Positions 47,980 to 63,800 of a DNA stretch of 64,000 bases are shown one piece after another; position 1 is the first letter of the stretch, and every line of letters begins with the position of its first letter. This stretch comes from the human T2T-CHM13v2.0 reference genome, Homo sapiens. The DNA is taken from assembly GCF_009914755.1 (NCBI RefSeq), contig NC_060930.1; one strand, written 5' to 3'. A program made the translations under genes and the position numbers. Under the pieces are notes generated by a model. That model saw only the letters and a program-made list of their open reading frames with translations. It was not told the DNA's origin and did no database searches.

Positions 47980-50755
47980 CTGATGGAAGAAAACACTAAA
48001 CAGCAAAGCATTCAAGCGTGACCTGGCTATTTTTAACAGCATACAGTTATATGGGTTCACAAAATGATGGACTGAAATTGGAACTTATGTTTTAAAGGAA
48101 AGCATAAAAGTTTGGAAAATTTGCAGCCTGACCATGTAGTAGAATATGAAAACCCATTTTCTGGAAAGAAATTAAAGCTGCTGGCTGCAGAAATTTGCAT
48201 AAGTAAAGAAGAGCCAAAAGTTAATCACCAAGACAAGGGGGAAAATGTCTTCAGAACACTTCAGAGATCTTCATGGTACCCCCTCCCCTCACAGGCCTGG
48301 AGGCCTTAGGAGGAAAAACTGGTTTTGTGGGCCAGGCCCATGGCCCTACTGCTCTGTGCAGCCTTGGCACATGGTGCTCTGTGTCCCAGCTGCTCCAGCT
48401 CCAGCTGTGGCTATGAGGGGCCAAGGAACAGCTCAGGCTGTTGCTTCAGAAAGTGCAAGCTCCAAGCCTTGGTGACTTCCATATGGTGTTGGGCCTGCAA
48501 GTGCAGAAAAAGCAAGAGTTTGGGAGCCTCCACCTAGATTTTAGAAGATGTAGGGAAATGCCTGGATGTCCAGGTGGAAGTCTGCTGCAGAGACAGAACC
48601 CTCATGGAGAACCTCTACTAAGGCAATAAGGAGAAGAAATGTGGGGTTGGAGCCCCTACACAGAGTCCCCACTGGGACACTGCCTCGTGTACCTGTGAGA
48701 AAAGGGCCACCATCCTCCAGATCCCAGAATGGTAGATCCACCAGCAGCTTGCACCATGTGCCTAGAAAAGCTGCAGGCACTCAATGCCATCCCATGAAAG
48801 CAGCTGTGAGGGCTGTACCCTGCAGAGCCACAGGGGTGGAGCTGCCCAAGGCATTGGAAGCCCAACCCTTGCATCAACATGCCCTGGATGTGAGACATGC
48901 AGTTAAAGGATATTATTTCAGAGCTTTGAGACTTAATGATTGCCCTGCTGGATTTTGGACTTGCATGGGGCCTGTAGCCCCTTTGTTTTGGCCAATTTCT
49001 CCCGTTTGGAAAAGAAGATTTAGAGAATTTATCCAATGCCTGTACCCTCATTGTATCTTGGAAGTAACTAATTTGTTTTTTATTTTACAGGCTCATAGGT
49101 AGAAGGGACTTCCCTTGTCTATTATGAGACTTTGGACTTGGACTTTTGAGTTAATGCTGGAATGAGCTAAGACTTTGAGAGATTGTTGCAAAGGCATAAA
49201 TTATTTTGGAATGTGAGAAGGACATGAGATTTGAAAGGGGCCAGGGGCTGAATGACATGGTTTGCTCTGTGTCCCAACCCAATTCTCATGTCAAATTGTA
49301 ATCCCCATGCATTAGGAGAGGGACCTGGTGGGAGCTGATTGGATCATGGGGCAGTTTCCCCTATGCTGTTTTTGTGATAGTGAATGAGATCTCATGAGAT
49401 ATGATGGTTTAAAAGTATGTGGCAGTTCCCCACTTGCTCTCTCTTTCCTGCTCCACTGTGGTAAGACATGATTGCTGAAATAACAAGTTAGTATCATTAT
49501 GACAGGAATAAATCCACACATAACAATACTAACCTTAAATGTAAATGGGCAAAATGCCCCAATTAAAAGGCACCAAATGGCAAACTGGATAAAGAACCAA
49601 GACTCATTGGTATGTTGTCTTCAAGAGATCCATCTCATATGCAAAGACACACATAGGGTCAAAATAAAGAGATGGAGGAAAATTTACCAAGCAAATGGAA
49701 AACAGCAAAAAGCAGGGGTTGCAAGCCTAGTTTCTGACAAAACAGACGTTAAATCAGCAAATATCAAAAAAGACAAAGAAGGGCATTACATAATGACAAA
49801 GGGTTCAATTCAACAAGAAGAGCTAACTATCCTAAATAAATATGCACCCAATACTGGAGCACCCAGATTCATAAAGCAAGTTTGTAGAGACCTTTAAAAA
49901 GACTTAGACTCACATGCAATAATAGTGGGAGACTCTAACACCCCACTGATAATATTAGACAGACCACTGAGACAGAAAATTAACAAAGATATTCAGGACC
50001 TGAATTCAGCTCTGGATCAAGTGGACCTGATAGATATCTACAGAATTCTCCATCCCAAAACAACAAAACATAGATTCTTCTCATTGCCACATGGCACTTA
50101 CTCTAAAATTGACCACATAATCAGAAGTACAACATTCCTGCTGAGGAGTGTTGTAGAAATTTGAAAGAACTGAAATCATAACAGTCTCTCAGACCACAGT
50201 GCAATCAAATTAGAACTCAAGATTAAGAAGCTTACTAAAAACCACAGAACTACATGAAAATTGAACAACCTGCTCCTGAATGACTTGGGTAAATAATAAA
50301 ATTAAGGAATAAATCAAGAAGTTATTTGAAACTAATGAGAACAAAGATATAACATACCAGAATCTCTGGGATGCACATGAACTAAAAAAAAAATCTAGAA
50401 AAAAATGGATAAATTCCTAGACACACACACCCTTGCAAGACTGAACCAGGAATAAATTGAATCCCTGAATAGATGAATAATGAGTTCTGAAATTGAGGCA
50501 GTAATAAATAGCCTACCAAGAAAAAAATGCACAGGACCAAATGGATTTACAGTTGAATTCTACCAGAGGTACAAAGAAAAGCTGGTATCATTTCTACTGA
50601 AACAATTCCAAAAAACTGAAAAGGAGGAATTTCTCCATAACTCATTCTGTGAGGCAAGCATCATCCTGATACCAAAACCTGGCAGAAATACAACAATAAA
50701 ATAAAACTTCAGGCCAGCATCGCTGATGGACATTGATGCAAAAATCCTCAAAAAA

Positions 50756-51160
<405 letters not shown>

Positions 51161-51242
51161 TAAATGTGATTCACCCCATAAACAGAACTAAAGACAAAAA
51201 CCACGTGATTATTTCAATAGATGCAGAAAAGTTCTTCAATAA

Positions 51243-51347
<105 letters not shown>

Positions 51348-53400
51348 TGAAAACATTCCCCTTGAATACAGGCACAAGACAAGGATTCCCTCTCTCACCA
51401 CTCCTATTCAACATAGTATTGCAAGTTCTGGCCAGGGCAATCAGGCAAGAGAACAAAATAAAGGATATTCAGATAGGAAGACAGGAAGTCAGACTACCGT
51501 TTTTTGCAGATGACATGATCCTATATCTGGAAAACCCCATTGTCTCAGCCCAAAGGCCTCTAAAGCTGATAAACACTTCAGCAAATTCTCAGGATACAAA
51601 ATCAATGTGCAAAAATCACTAGAATTCCTACACACAAACAACAGACAAACAAAGAGCCAAATTATAAATGAACTCCCATTCACAATTGCTAAAAAGAGAA
51701 TAAAATACCTAGGAATGCAGCTAACAAGAGAAGTGAAGGACCTCTTCAAGGAAAACTCCAAACCACTAATCAAGGAAATCAGAGTGGACACAAACAAAGG
51801 GAAAAATATTCCATGCTCATGGATAGAAAGAATCAATATTGTGAAAATGGCCATGCTGCCCAAAGTAATTTATAGAGTCAATGCTATTCCCATTAAACTA
51901 CCATTGACATTCTTCACAGAATTAGAAGAAACTATTTCGAATTTCATATGGAACCAAAAAAGAGCCTGAATAACCAAGACAAACCTAAGCCAAAAGAAAA
52001 AAAAAGAAAAAAAAAAGCTGGAGGCATCACACTCCTCAACTTCAAACTATACTACAAAGCCACAGTAATTAAAACAGCATGGTACAGGTACAAAAAACAG
52101 ACACATAGACCAATAGAACAGAATAGAGAACTCAGAAGTAATACTGCACATCTACAACCATCTTATTTTCAACACTTGACAAAAACAAAAAATGGGGAAA
52201 GGATTCCCTATTTAATAAATGGTGCTGGGAGAACTGGCTAGCCACATAGAGAAAACTGAAACTGGACCCTTTCCTTACACACTATACAAAAATTAACTCA
52301 AGATGGATTACAGACTTAAATGTAAATCCCCAAACTATAAAAACCCTAGAGGAAAATCTAGGTGATACTATTCAGGACACAGTCGTGGGCAAAGATTTCA
52401 TGATGAAAACTCCAAAAGCAATAGCAACAAAAGCCAAAATTGACAAATGGGACCTAATTGAACTAAAGCGCTTCTGCACAGCAAAAGAAACTACAATCAG
52501 AGTGAACAGACAACCTACAGAATGGGAGAAAGTTTTTACAATATATCCATCAGACAAAGGTCTAACATCTAGCATCCACAAGGTACTTAAACAAATTTAC
52601 AAGAAAAACACAAACAACCACATTAAAAAGTGGGCAAAGGACATGAACAGACATTTCTTAAAAGAGGACATATGTGGCCATTGAACATATGAAAAAAAGC
52701 TCAACACTGCTCATTAGAGAAATGCAAATCAAAACTATAATAAGATATTATCTCACACCAGCTGAATGGCTGTTATTAAAAAGTCAAAAAAACAACAGAT
52801 GCTAGTGAGGTTGTGGAGAAAAAGGAATGCTTTTGCACTGTTGGTGAGAATGTAAATTAGTTCACCTATTGTGGAAGAGAGTGTGGTGATCCTCAAAGAC
52901 CTAGAGGTAGAAATACCATTTGATCCAGCAATCCCATTACTGGGTATATCCCCAAAGGAATATAAATTATTCTAACAAAAAGACACATGCATGTGTATGT
53001 TCATTGCTGCACTATTCACAATAGGAAAGACATGGAATCAACCTAAATGCCCATCAGTGATAGACTGGATAAAGGAAATGTGGTACATATATACCATGGA
53101 ATACTATGCAGACATAAAAAGGAATGAGATCATGTTCTTTGCAGGGATGCAGATGAAGCTGGAAGCCATTACCCTCAGCAAACTCACGCAGGAACAGAAA
53201 ACCAAATACCACATGTTCTCACTTATAAGTGGGAGCTGAATGATTAGAACGCATGGACACATGGCATGAAACAACACACTGGGGCCTGTCAGAGGGTACG
53301 GGGAAGGAGGAGAGCACCAGGAAGAATAGCTAATGGATGCTGGGCTTAATCCATAGGTGATGGGATGATCTGTGCAGCAAACCACCATGGCACATGTTTA

Positions 53401-53751
<351 letters not shown>

Positions 53752-54459
53752 AAAAGTTGGAAAAAAAAAAGACGTGCTTGCTTCCCCTTTACCTTATGCT
53801 ATGATTGTTAAGTTTCCTGAGGCCTCCCAGTCATGCTTCCTGTTAAGCCTGTAGAACTGTGAGTCAATTAAGGCTCTTCATAAATTACCCAGTCTCAGGT
53901 AGTTCTTTATAGCAGTATGACAACAGACTAACATAGAACGTATTCCCATGTCCTTTTTCTGAAAATCTGTGTAAGAATGGTATTATTTCTTTCTGAAATA
54001 TTTAATAGAAGTAACTAATGAAACCATTCAGACCTGATGTTTTCTTCATAGAAAAGTTTTGATTGTGATTTTAATTTTTAAATATAAAATAAGGCTATTT
54101 TTATTTTTGATTTTGTATCAAATCAGTGTTAATAAGTTATGTTTTGATGAAATTATTCATTTCATCCAGGTTTTTAAATTTATTAGGCAAAAGTTCTTCA
54201 TAAATTGTCCTCATTCACCATTTCTTATATCTGGAATCTATAATGATATCCTCCTTTTATACTTGATATTAATGATTTATGTTTTAGCTTACTCATTAAA
54301 ATAATTCTTGCCTTGCTAGAAGTTTATAAATTTTACTCTTTTCAGAGAACCACCATTTTGACTATTCTTTAATTTTTTATTGAAATGATTTTTTCTCTTC
54401 TCTTTGTTATGTTTTTCCTTTCACTTGCTTGGCTTTAATCTGCTTTTCTTTTGCTAATT

Positions 54460-55640
54460 TTTTTTTTATTATTATACTTTAAGTTCTGGGGTACATGTGC
54501 AGAACGTGCAGGTTTGTAACATAGGTATACACGTCCCATGGTGGTTTGCTGCACCCATCAACCTGTCATCTACATTAGGTATTTCTCCTAATTCTATCCC
54601 TCCCCTAGCCCCCAACCCACCGACAGGCCAGGGTGTGTAATGTTCCCCTTCCTGTGTCCATATGTTCTCATTGTTCAACTCCCACTTATGAGTGAGAACA
54701 TGTGGTGTTTGGTTTTCTGTTCCAGTGTTTGTGAGAATGATGGTTTCCAGCTCCATCCATGTCCCTGCAAAGGACATGAGCTCATCCTTTTTTACGGCTG
54801 CATAGTATTCCATGGTGTATATGTGTCACATTTTCTTTATCCAGTCTATCATTGATGGGCATTTTGATTGGTTCCAAGTCTTTGCTATTATGAACAGTGC
54901 TGCAATAAACCATATGTGTACATGTGTCTTTAGAGTAGAATAATTTATAATCCTTCGGGTGTATATCCAGTAATGGGATTGCTGGGTGAAATGGTATTTC
55001 TAGTTCTAGATCCTTGAGGAATCACCACACTGTCTTCCACAATGGTTGAACTAATTTACACTCCCACCAACAGTGTAAAAGCGTTCCTATTTCTCCACAT
55101 CCTCCCCAGCATCTGTTGTTTCCTGACTTTTTAATGATCGCCATTCTAACTGGTGTGAGATGGTATCTCACTGTGGTTTTGATTTGCATTTCTTTAATGA
55201 TCAGTGATGATGAGCTTTCTTTCATACGTTTGTTGGCTGTTTAAATGTTTTCTTTTGAGAAGTGTCTGTTCACTTCCTTCACCCACTTTTTGATGGGATT
55301 GTTTGTTTTTTCTTGTAAATTAGTTTAAATTCTTTGTAGATTCTGGATATAGGCCCTTTGTCAGACGGATAGATTGCAAAAATTTTCTCCCTTTCTGTAG
55401 GTTGCCTATTCACTCTGATGATAGTTTCTTTTGCTGTGCAGAAGCTCTTTAGTTTAATTAGATCCCACTTGTCAATTTTGGCTTATGTTGCCATTGCTTT
55501 TTGTGTTTTAGTCATGAAGTCTTTGCCCATGCCTATGTCCCAAATGGTTTTTCTGGTTTTAGGGTTTTTATGGTTTTTCTTATAGGGTTTTTATAGTTTT
55601 AGGTCTTACATTTAAGTCTTTAATCCATCTTGAGTTAATT
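54460..55640 (-). mobile_element. 5'-truncated L1PA (approx. L1PA7)
   Basis: Reverse ORF2 C-terminus and 3'UTR; TSD ttttgctaa(t/c)tt. Confidence 0.9.
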
Positions 55641-56581
55641 TTTGCTAACTTCTTAAGATGGTAATTTAGAGCCCTGATTTTAAACTTTTTTTTCTTCACT
55701 AGTTTAATTACTTAAAGCTACAAATCTGCTTTTAAGTACTGCTTTAACTGAATACCTCTAATTTGGATCAAAATCAAATTTTAATAGAGTATGTTTTTAT
55801 CATCATTCAGTTCAAAATATTTTTTCTTGCAATTATTTTCCTTTGACCCACATTAGAAGTATATTGTTTAATTATCAAATACATGATAATTTTCAAGATA
55901 ACTTGCTGTTTTCAAATTTAAATTTAATTTCATTGAGAGAACATAATCTGTATGATTTCAGCCTTTTAAAATATACTGAGATTTGTTTCTTACTAGCTCA
56001 GCATATTTGATAAATATTCCATATGCACTTGAAAAGAGTGTGTTTGTAGTTGTTGGGTGTAGTGTTTGTAAATATCAATTAGGTCAAGTTGCCTAATAGT
56101 TTTGTTCAGACCATCTATATCTGTAATAACTTTTTGTCTTCTTATTCTTCCAACCATAAAGACATGAATGTCAAAATCTCTAACTCTGATGATTGATTTT
56201 CAGTTTTTTCCTTTAATTTTTAAAGTTTTTGCTTCATAAATTTTAAAGCTTTGTATTAGATGCATACATATTAAATCTTAAACAATTGACCTTTTGATCA
56301 ATATAAAATGTCTCTCTTTATCTCTGATAATATTCCATCCTAAAGTCTCCTTTGTTTTAATCTAAAGCTCTTCACCTGCCTTATGATTTGTGTTTGCATG
56401 ATATATATTTTAGTTTTCTTATTTATCCTGAGTTTTATAGCACTTCTTGAATTTGTGGTTTTATATCTTTTGTCACTGTTAGAAAGTACTCAAGCCATTA
56501 TATTTTTAAGTATTACTTTTGATTTTTTTTCTCTTTCTTCCTCTTGGATAATAATATTTTTAACTATGTTCCCTAGATCTC

Positions 56582-57115
56582 TGTGATTGTCAATTTTATA
56601 TGTCAACTTCACTGGGAGATACATGCTTAGATATTTGGTCAAACATTATTTTGGGTGTGTCTGAGAGGGTGTTTATAGATGAGACTAACATTTGAATTGG
56701 TAGACAGAGTAAAGTAGATTGCCCTCCCTAATGTGAGTAGCCCTTATCTATTCAGTTGAGGACCTGAGTAAAACAAAAAAGCTTAGCTTTTGAAAATAAG
56801 AGGGAACTCTTCCTGTTTGGCTTCCTTGAGCTGGAACATTGTGTTTTTTTCTTCCTATCTCAGATTCAAACTGAAACACTGGCTCTTTCTGAGTCTCAAG
56901 ATTGCTAGCATTCGGTCCATAACTATACGCTTGGCTTTCCTGGTTCTCAGGCCTTTGGTCTTGGACTGGAATTACAATATAATCTTTCCTGGTTTACCAG
57001 CTTGTTGACTGCAGATCTTGAGACTTGTCAGCCTCCATAATTGTGTGAGCCCAGTCAATTTCTTTCTATATTTTTATATATCCCATTTGTCCTATCTTTC
57101 TGGAGAACACTAAGT
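56582..57115 (+). mobile_element. MLT2-family (MLT2B/D-like) solo LTR
   Basis: tgtgattgtcaattttatatgtcaactt...ctggagaacactaa. Confidence 0.75.
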
Positions 57116-57185
57116 CAATCTCAGCTTAATTCTTGTATTTTTGCCTTTCTTTTTGTCTCTCATTCAGTCTGGATATTTTTCTGAC

Positions 57186-57267
57186 TTACCTTCCAGTTTA
57201 CTAATTCTATCTTCAGCTGTGTCTCTTGTGGTTTACCTTCTAGTTCACTAATTCTATCTTCAGCTGT
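57186..57267. repeat. Tandem duplication, 35-bp unit, 47-bp period
   Basis: ttaccttc(c/t)agtt(t/c)actaattctatcttcagctgt at 57186-57220 and 57233-57267. Confidence 0.9.
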
Positions 57268-60017
57268 ATTAAATTCTTAATTTCACTGATTGCATTTTTT
57301 ATTTCTAGAATTTTTGCTTATTTCTTTTTTATAGAATAAATGTTACCAATCTTGCATTTTACTTATTAAGTATATTAAACATGGTAATTTTAAGTGTCTG
57401 GTAACTCTCTTTCTGCATCTTCTGTGAATTGTTTCAGTTGCCTTTGTTCTTGCGGTTTTTAAAATTATACTTTCTTATTTCCTTGTGGTATCCAGATTTA
57501 TTTTGGTGGAATGCCAGTTATTGTATAAGAAAATTTTATTTTAGAAATAATTGAGGCCTAGGGTAATGTGTTCTTCCCCCAGAAGGGATTTAACTTTCTC
57601 TTTGGTAGTTGGATAGGAATAAATAGCAGCCATTCAAATAATTCAAATTTATGATCTGAGAGTATCTGAAATTGACCTTCAGTTTCTTCTGGGGCCAGTC
57701 AATTTTCAGTTTACCATTTCTTTAGGGGAAATGGGTCTTCTACTGTACCACAACAAGCCTCTTTCTCAGGAACTTCTTTCTTCAGTAGGATCTGAACTTT
57801 AGTTTGTGTTCACTGAGTTTTGTGATACTGTCAGTACATTATCCAGCTTCTCAGACTGTCAGGCATCTCTTCTTCAACCATTAGACATTCCTGGGGAAGA
57901 AGAAGCTCTGAAAGTTGAGCTTTCTTCTCTGGGTTGCTTCTTCCCTTGAATCTTATTCAAATTATCTTCACTATATTGTAAGGTCTCCAGTGTATTTAAA
58001 GAGATTTTTCTAAAGCTTTAAAAATTTTGTTTTGTCTTATTTTAGCTTTTCTACTTGTTCTCAGTGGAAAAAATGACCCAATTCATCATCCCTGGAATAA
58101 GTTCTTCCCATTTGATTTTTTAGTTTTTGGTGTAATTCTGTATTTCTTCACTTTAGTCTATTGTTATTCCTTTCACGAAGAGAATAGTTGGAAAATTTGA
58201 TACTCAAAGAAGAATTATAGGACCCTCCCTCCCATTGCCTTACTCCCTGAATTAAGACATTTTCTTGGTGTGTACATTCTTATGCAAAAAAAGAAGAAAG
58301 AGAACTGTGGCTGTTCTTCGACTTTCATCCCCCATTTTTCTTATGTTCCTTTCTTCCTTGACAATACATAGTAAACTGAATAATTAATCCCAAGTAAGAT
58401 AAACAGCTGATCTACCTAGTAAAGTATTAACAAAATACCTAAACTGTAGTCATAAATTTGTTTAACCATAAGGATTATGCAAAAGTGTATCAGAACCTTA
58501 ATATAGTTGAAGAGTTATTCTCCTGAAAGGCTTTCAATCTAAAAGCCTGATATCCTGCAGGCCAGATTTATTTTTCTTGCCCTTTCTAAATAAGGAGAAT
58601 ATGCAACTGTTTGTAATGTTAAACCTCTATTAATTATCTCATTAAGGGCTTAGCAGCACCTTTTCTTAAAGCCTACTTTTCTAAATTTAAATTTCCTTAC
58701 TTTACTGATATTTTTTTCCGTAAGACCTTACAGCCAAGCACTATGGGGGATGCTATACATATTTTATATAATTTATTGTTCAAATCAGATATTATTATCA
58801 TGATCCCTATTTTGTAGAAGAGAAAAATGAGGCTTAGAGAGGTTAAAACACGTCAACAAAGTCACATGAGTACTCAGTGGTAGATTGTGGATTATCATCC
58901 AGGTCTACCTGAAAACAAAAACCTTACCCTTAACTTTTATACTATATTGCTTTCACTTCATGGCTTAGTAGAGTGTATACTTCATTTGAGCAGGGCTGAG
59001 TAAATTAATTCTGTTGTAATAATAGCAAATGCACCTTAGTAGGTATATAGTATTTGGTAAAAACATACTGGTAGCTTTACTGACTAATATTTATTTTACG
59101 ATTTTTGTTAAGATACTGGACTAATTTTTCTTGCTATCAAGAACCTGTCTATCAGAGACTAGTCAGAAAAATGAACCAATGCTAGGTAGGTTCAAAGAGG
59201 AAATTTAATATAGGGAATGAATTATAAAGATATTGGAAGAGTTAAAAAGCCAAATAGAATGGTAAATTAATTTAGAGATCAGCAACAGCAGGAAGCTGCT
59301 ATTGTCTCCAGGGGTGGAAGAACTAAGGGGGGAGATGATGTTACACAGCCTAGAGCCATGCCATTCAGTGGAAGCTGGGCCCATGGAGAGGGGGCTGCCT
59401 GCCAGGAGCTGAATCCTGGGAGGAAATGCAGAAATGGCAGACACACTCCCTGAGGAAGAAAGGGTGTATACTCTGGCTTCTCTTTTCTCCGCTTGTGTTA
59501 GTTTCCCCTTGGTTAATTCTAGACAAGGTTTATCCTGTATTTACGTGCCCCTTTTCCTGTTGGTTTTTACATTTTCCATATGAGTATTTTACTCCTGGTT
59601 AGTTTCATTATCTTAATCCAAATATTCCCCAGTTCCTGAAATTGCCACACGCCCTAGTTTAAATGTTTAAATTTTGCATGCATTTAATGTGTGTAGTTGA
59701 ATTAGTATATTATTTTTGTTTATATTAGTGAATCCTATTTAAAGGTTTGAATGAATGGTTTCCATTGGGAGCAATTTGTGTCACGATCAGTGGTACTTTT
59801 GGTTTTCATTATGATTGGGAGGAGAGATGCTATCAGTATTTAGTGGGTGGGACCAAGATGCTTAACATCCTATAAAGATATTCCACAAATGAATTTTGCA
59901 TGACTTTTAAATACCCCACTATACATCAGGTAGGTGAAATAGCTGTGTATAATTCTATAAGCCTAGAAGCTATTTTACATATAAACACAAAGAAATTTTT
60001 GGTATGGTTATAATAAC

Positions 60018-60159
60018 TTTTTTTTTTTTTTTGTATTTTTTAGTAGAGATGGGGTTTCACCATATTAGCCAGGAAGGTCTCAATCTCCTGACCTCGTGAT
60101 CTGCCTGCCTCGGCCTCCCAAAGTGCTGGGATTACAGGCATGAACCACCGTCCCCAGCC
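60018..60159 (-). mobile_element. Alu left monomer only (AluY/Sc-type)
   Basis: Left arm plus central A-rich linker running into a T15 tract; tataataac repeated at 60009-60017 and 60165-60173. Confidence 0.85.
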
Positions 60160-60186
60160 CAATATATAATAACCTTTTTAGGAATG

Positions 60187-60588
60187 TGATACAGTTTGGA
60201 TATTTGTCCCCGCCCAAACCTCATGTTGAATTGTAATTCCCAGTGCTGGAGGTGGGGGCCTGATGGGAGGTGTTTAGGTCATGAGGGTGGATCTCTCATA
60301 GCTTGGTGCTGTCTTTGCGATAGTAAATGAGTTCTCATGAGATCTGGCTGTTTAAAAGTCTGTGGTCATTCATTCCCTACTCTCTCTTGTTCCTGTTCTC
60401 ACCATGTGATGAGCCTGCTCCTCCTTTACCTTCCACCATGATTGGAAGCTTCCTGAGACCTCCCCAGAAGCAGATGCTGCCATGCTTCCTATACGACCTG
60501 CAGAACCACGAGCCAATTAAATCTCTTTTCTTATAAATTACTCAATCTTAGGTATTTCTTCATAGCAGTGCAATAACAGATTAATACA
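60187..60588 (+). mobile_element. MSTB solo LTR
   Basis: tgatacagtttggatatttgtcccc...ttaataca; TSD gaatg. Confidence 0.9.
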
Positions 60589-63036
60589 GAATGCAACTAC
60601 TATTTAAATTGAGGAAAGATTATATTTTATTTTAAATGTAACTTTACAAAGATTTGTTTACCATTTCAAGAAAATCATATTACCAATGGCAATACTTCTC
60701 ATGCTTGAGTCTCAAAAAAACCCCAAAAACTTTACCAATATTAATATGCTTGTATAATGTATACATGCCTAAGCATGTATCCATTGAAATACATATTATT
60801 TATTATTAATTTTGTTGCTTATTACAGTCAGTGCATCACATTGATTAAAAACATATGTATGTCATCTATAAATTTCATTTTGGTGTAGTAAAGAGAGTAT
60901 ACGAAATTTGTTATAAAAAGGGGTATGTGGATATGAGTTGATAGGGATGAGAACCACTGGTCCAAGCAAGTAGGAGACAGAGACTTGGCCCATATATTGA
61001 GTGGGAAGTCTAACAAGGTTGGCATTATACTGGATAAGAACAGGAAACTTTAAATCAAGCAAGACTTGGTTTGGTTTTGTCTCTATTTCCTAACCATGGA
61101 AAATTGGGCAAGTTACTTAAATTTTTGGAGTATCAGTTTCTCCATCAGTAAAAAGGTCATATCCACGTCTACCTCATAGAATCAGTGAGAACAAAAAAAT
61201 TGTAATATATAAAATACTTAACATAGTACCTAGCACATAATAAATGTTTCCTAGATGATATATTATTATTAAAACCTAATAGAGTCATTAATTCCTATAT
61301 TGAATATTGAGCACCAGTTATGAGCAAAGTGTTACATACTATTAATGACATAGAAATTGATAAATGCTTTGCATTTATCCTTTCATTTCTGAAGAACTTA
61401 CACCTCCATTCTAGCTGTTATAAGATTCAATGTGCTTTTATTCCACCATGTGTTTTTTCCAATTGTGATAAATTAGCCTTTTTTCAGTTTGTCTTGGTTA
61501 TATCCTCTGGGTCTTGAATTTGCATTCAAATATATCAGATGCTTAGTTTTTGTTTATTCTATTTACTTTTCTCTCATTCTCCATATTCTCTTCAGCATTT
61601 CTTGTTTTCCTGCTGGAACACAGGACTACACACAGGTAAATACGAGTTTCCAGGTGTCTTTGGACATCATGAAGCCACTGTACAGAAGAGATTGCTTGTC
61701 TGGGTGAGATGAGTCAGCCTGCTTCCTCAGCAAGTCTGCATGTGTCCTTTCACTGCAAGTGTTAAAGTGTATCCCTGACAGGGAGAAAGAGCTTTACTTC
61801 CTCTGGGGTTTTCTACAAAGCTACCCACCCAGTGAGCATATCATGCCTGGGGTTTACTGAATGAAGCAATGAAGATATCATATCCTTCCATTCCCTGATC
61901 GAGTGATCTTGATAAAATATGGGAAAGTCATGAGTTTGAAAAGGGCATTTTACAATCATAACTCTAAAACTCAGAATTTTATTATATATGACATGGATTC
62001 ATATTTCCACAAGCTTTCATGATCAGTAATTACTCTAGTTTAAACCATTTGGATTCATTCACATCAAGGTGGATGAGGAAATTATTGGAATTCTAACATA
62101 CTCTTATTGTTGGCAGTACAGACTTACTTTTTATCTTCATAGGCTTGTAATTATCAATACACTGGAACAGGGTCAAAACAGAAATTATCCTTACCGTGAT
62201 CATGACCCTACTAAAATCCTCATTTTTACCTTAATCACTTGCTGCATCAACCATTACAATTTCCTTATTTTGTATGATTTTCCTGAGTCCTTTTACATCT
62301 AGTAGTAAGTGAATGTTGAAGGCAGCTGGCAATTCATAGAGTATTTAATGGAAACTCATCATAGGAGAATTTTCAATTAGTTTAATTTTCCTTATGTGAT
62401 CAACCAGTAAGTTATATAACCCTGATAATTTACATATTATCTCTAGAGGGACCAATTGACATATATCTCTCTCATGTGTTCCTTCAAAATTAACTCATGG
62501 TTATAAACAAATAATCAGCCACATATTTTATGTGATTTAAGTAATAAATCAGTAGTGATAACAGGTAAGCTTTAAGGATGAAGTGTTTCACCTCATAAAA
62601 TTGAAGCTTAGTTTACATTTACTGCAAGTTTGTGAATAGACTTAATATGTACTTTGGTTTTACTTTTGATTTTATGTTTTCCTACTTGTCAGTGATTGAA
62701 GTTTCTGGAAATGTGAGTAAATAGAAATTACAAATAGATAAACCCCAAATGTGTAATCAAATGTAATTATTTGCTTCCCATGTTAGTGTAAATGTTATTA
62801 CAGTTTACTTTTAGCTCTGCGTGCCATTTAATTTTTTTTAAAGTTGACATATGATTTTCAAAGTTATATATTTTCTGATTTATTTTGTAATAATTTGATG
62901 CATCCAATTAATACTGAAAGATATATTTCTAAAATTCATCATACTTTGAGTTATATATGGAAGCCCACATTTTTAGTTCTTCAGAATTTGGGATAATAAT
63001 CAAGAAGCCTTTTTATTTGAAATATTAATTACTTGG

Positions 63037-63408
63037 TGATACGGTTTGGCTGTGTCCTCACCCAAATCTCATGTGGAATTGTTGTTCCCATAATCCCCAC
63101 ATGTCATGGGAGGGACCAGTGGGAGATGATTGAATCATGGGCAGTTACCCCCATGCTGTTCAGGTGACAGTGAATGAGTTCTCATGAGATCTGATGGTTT
63201 TATAAGGGGCTTTTCCCCCTTTGCTTGGCACTTCTGCTTCCTGCTGCCACATGAAGAAAGATGTGTTTGTTTCCCCTTCCACCATGACCATAAGTTTCCT
63301 GAGGCTTCTCCAGCTATGCTGAACTGTGAGTCAATTAAACCTCTTTTCTTAATAAATTATCCAGTCTTGGGTATGTCTTTATTAGCAGCGTGAAAACGGA
63401 CTAATACA
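63037..63408 (+). mobile_element. THE1B/C solo LTR
   Basis: tgatacggtttggctgtgtc...ctaataca; TSD cttgg at 63032-63036 and 63409-63413. Confidence 0.92.
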
Positions 63409-63457
63409 CTTGGTACTTTTAGCGGTTTTGATTTTGTAAAATTTAGTGTCAAAGCCA

Positions 63458-63655
63458 TCTTTTGACTTCTCTGTTTCTAATTGCCATCATCTTTATTTTA
63501 TTTTATTTTACCTGGAATGCATGTTTGCTTATTTTTCTTCTTTCTTTCTTTCTTTCTTTTTCTTTCTTTCTTTTGACTTCTCTGTTTCTAATTGCCATCA
63601 TCTTTATTTTATTTTATTTTATTTTACCTGGAATGCATGTTTGCTTTTCTTTCCT

Positions 63656-63728
<73 letters not shown>

Positions 63729-63800
63729 TTTCTTTCTCTTTCTTTCTTTCTTTCTCTCTCTCTCTTTCTTTCTTTCTCTTTCTCTCTCTCTCTCTTTGTT
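63458..63800. repeat. 111-bp-period tandem duplication plus (TTTC)n/(TC)n microsatellite (Alu tail)
   Basis: Unique unit at 63460-63530 repeated at 63571-63646, each followed by (TTTC)n. Confidence 0.93.

Noticed and set aside
48566-49102. 178-aa ORF
   Set aside because: Lies in THE1D internal sequence; a remnant MaLR open frame with no ATG-supported gene context.
63127-63137. DUX-type motif TGATTGAATCA in THE1 LTR
   Set aside because: A one-base variant of the standard THE1 TAATTGAATCA site; no locus-specific evidence of function.
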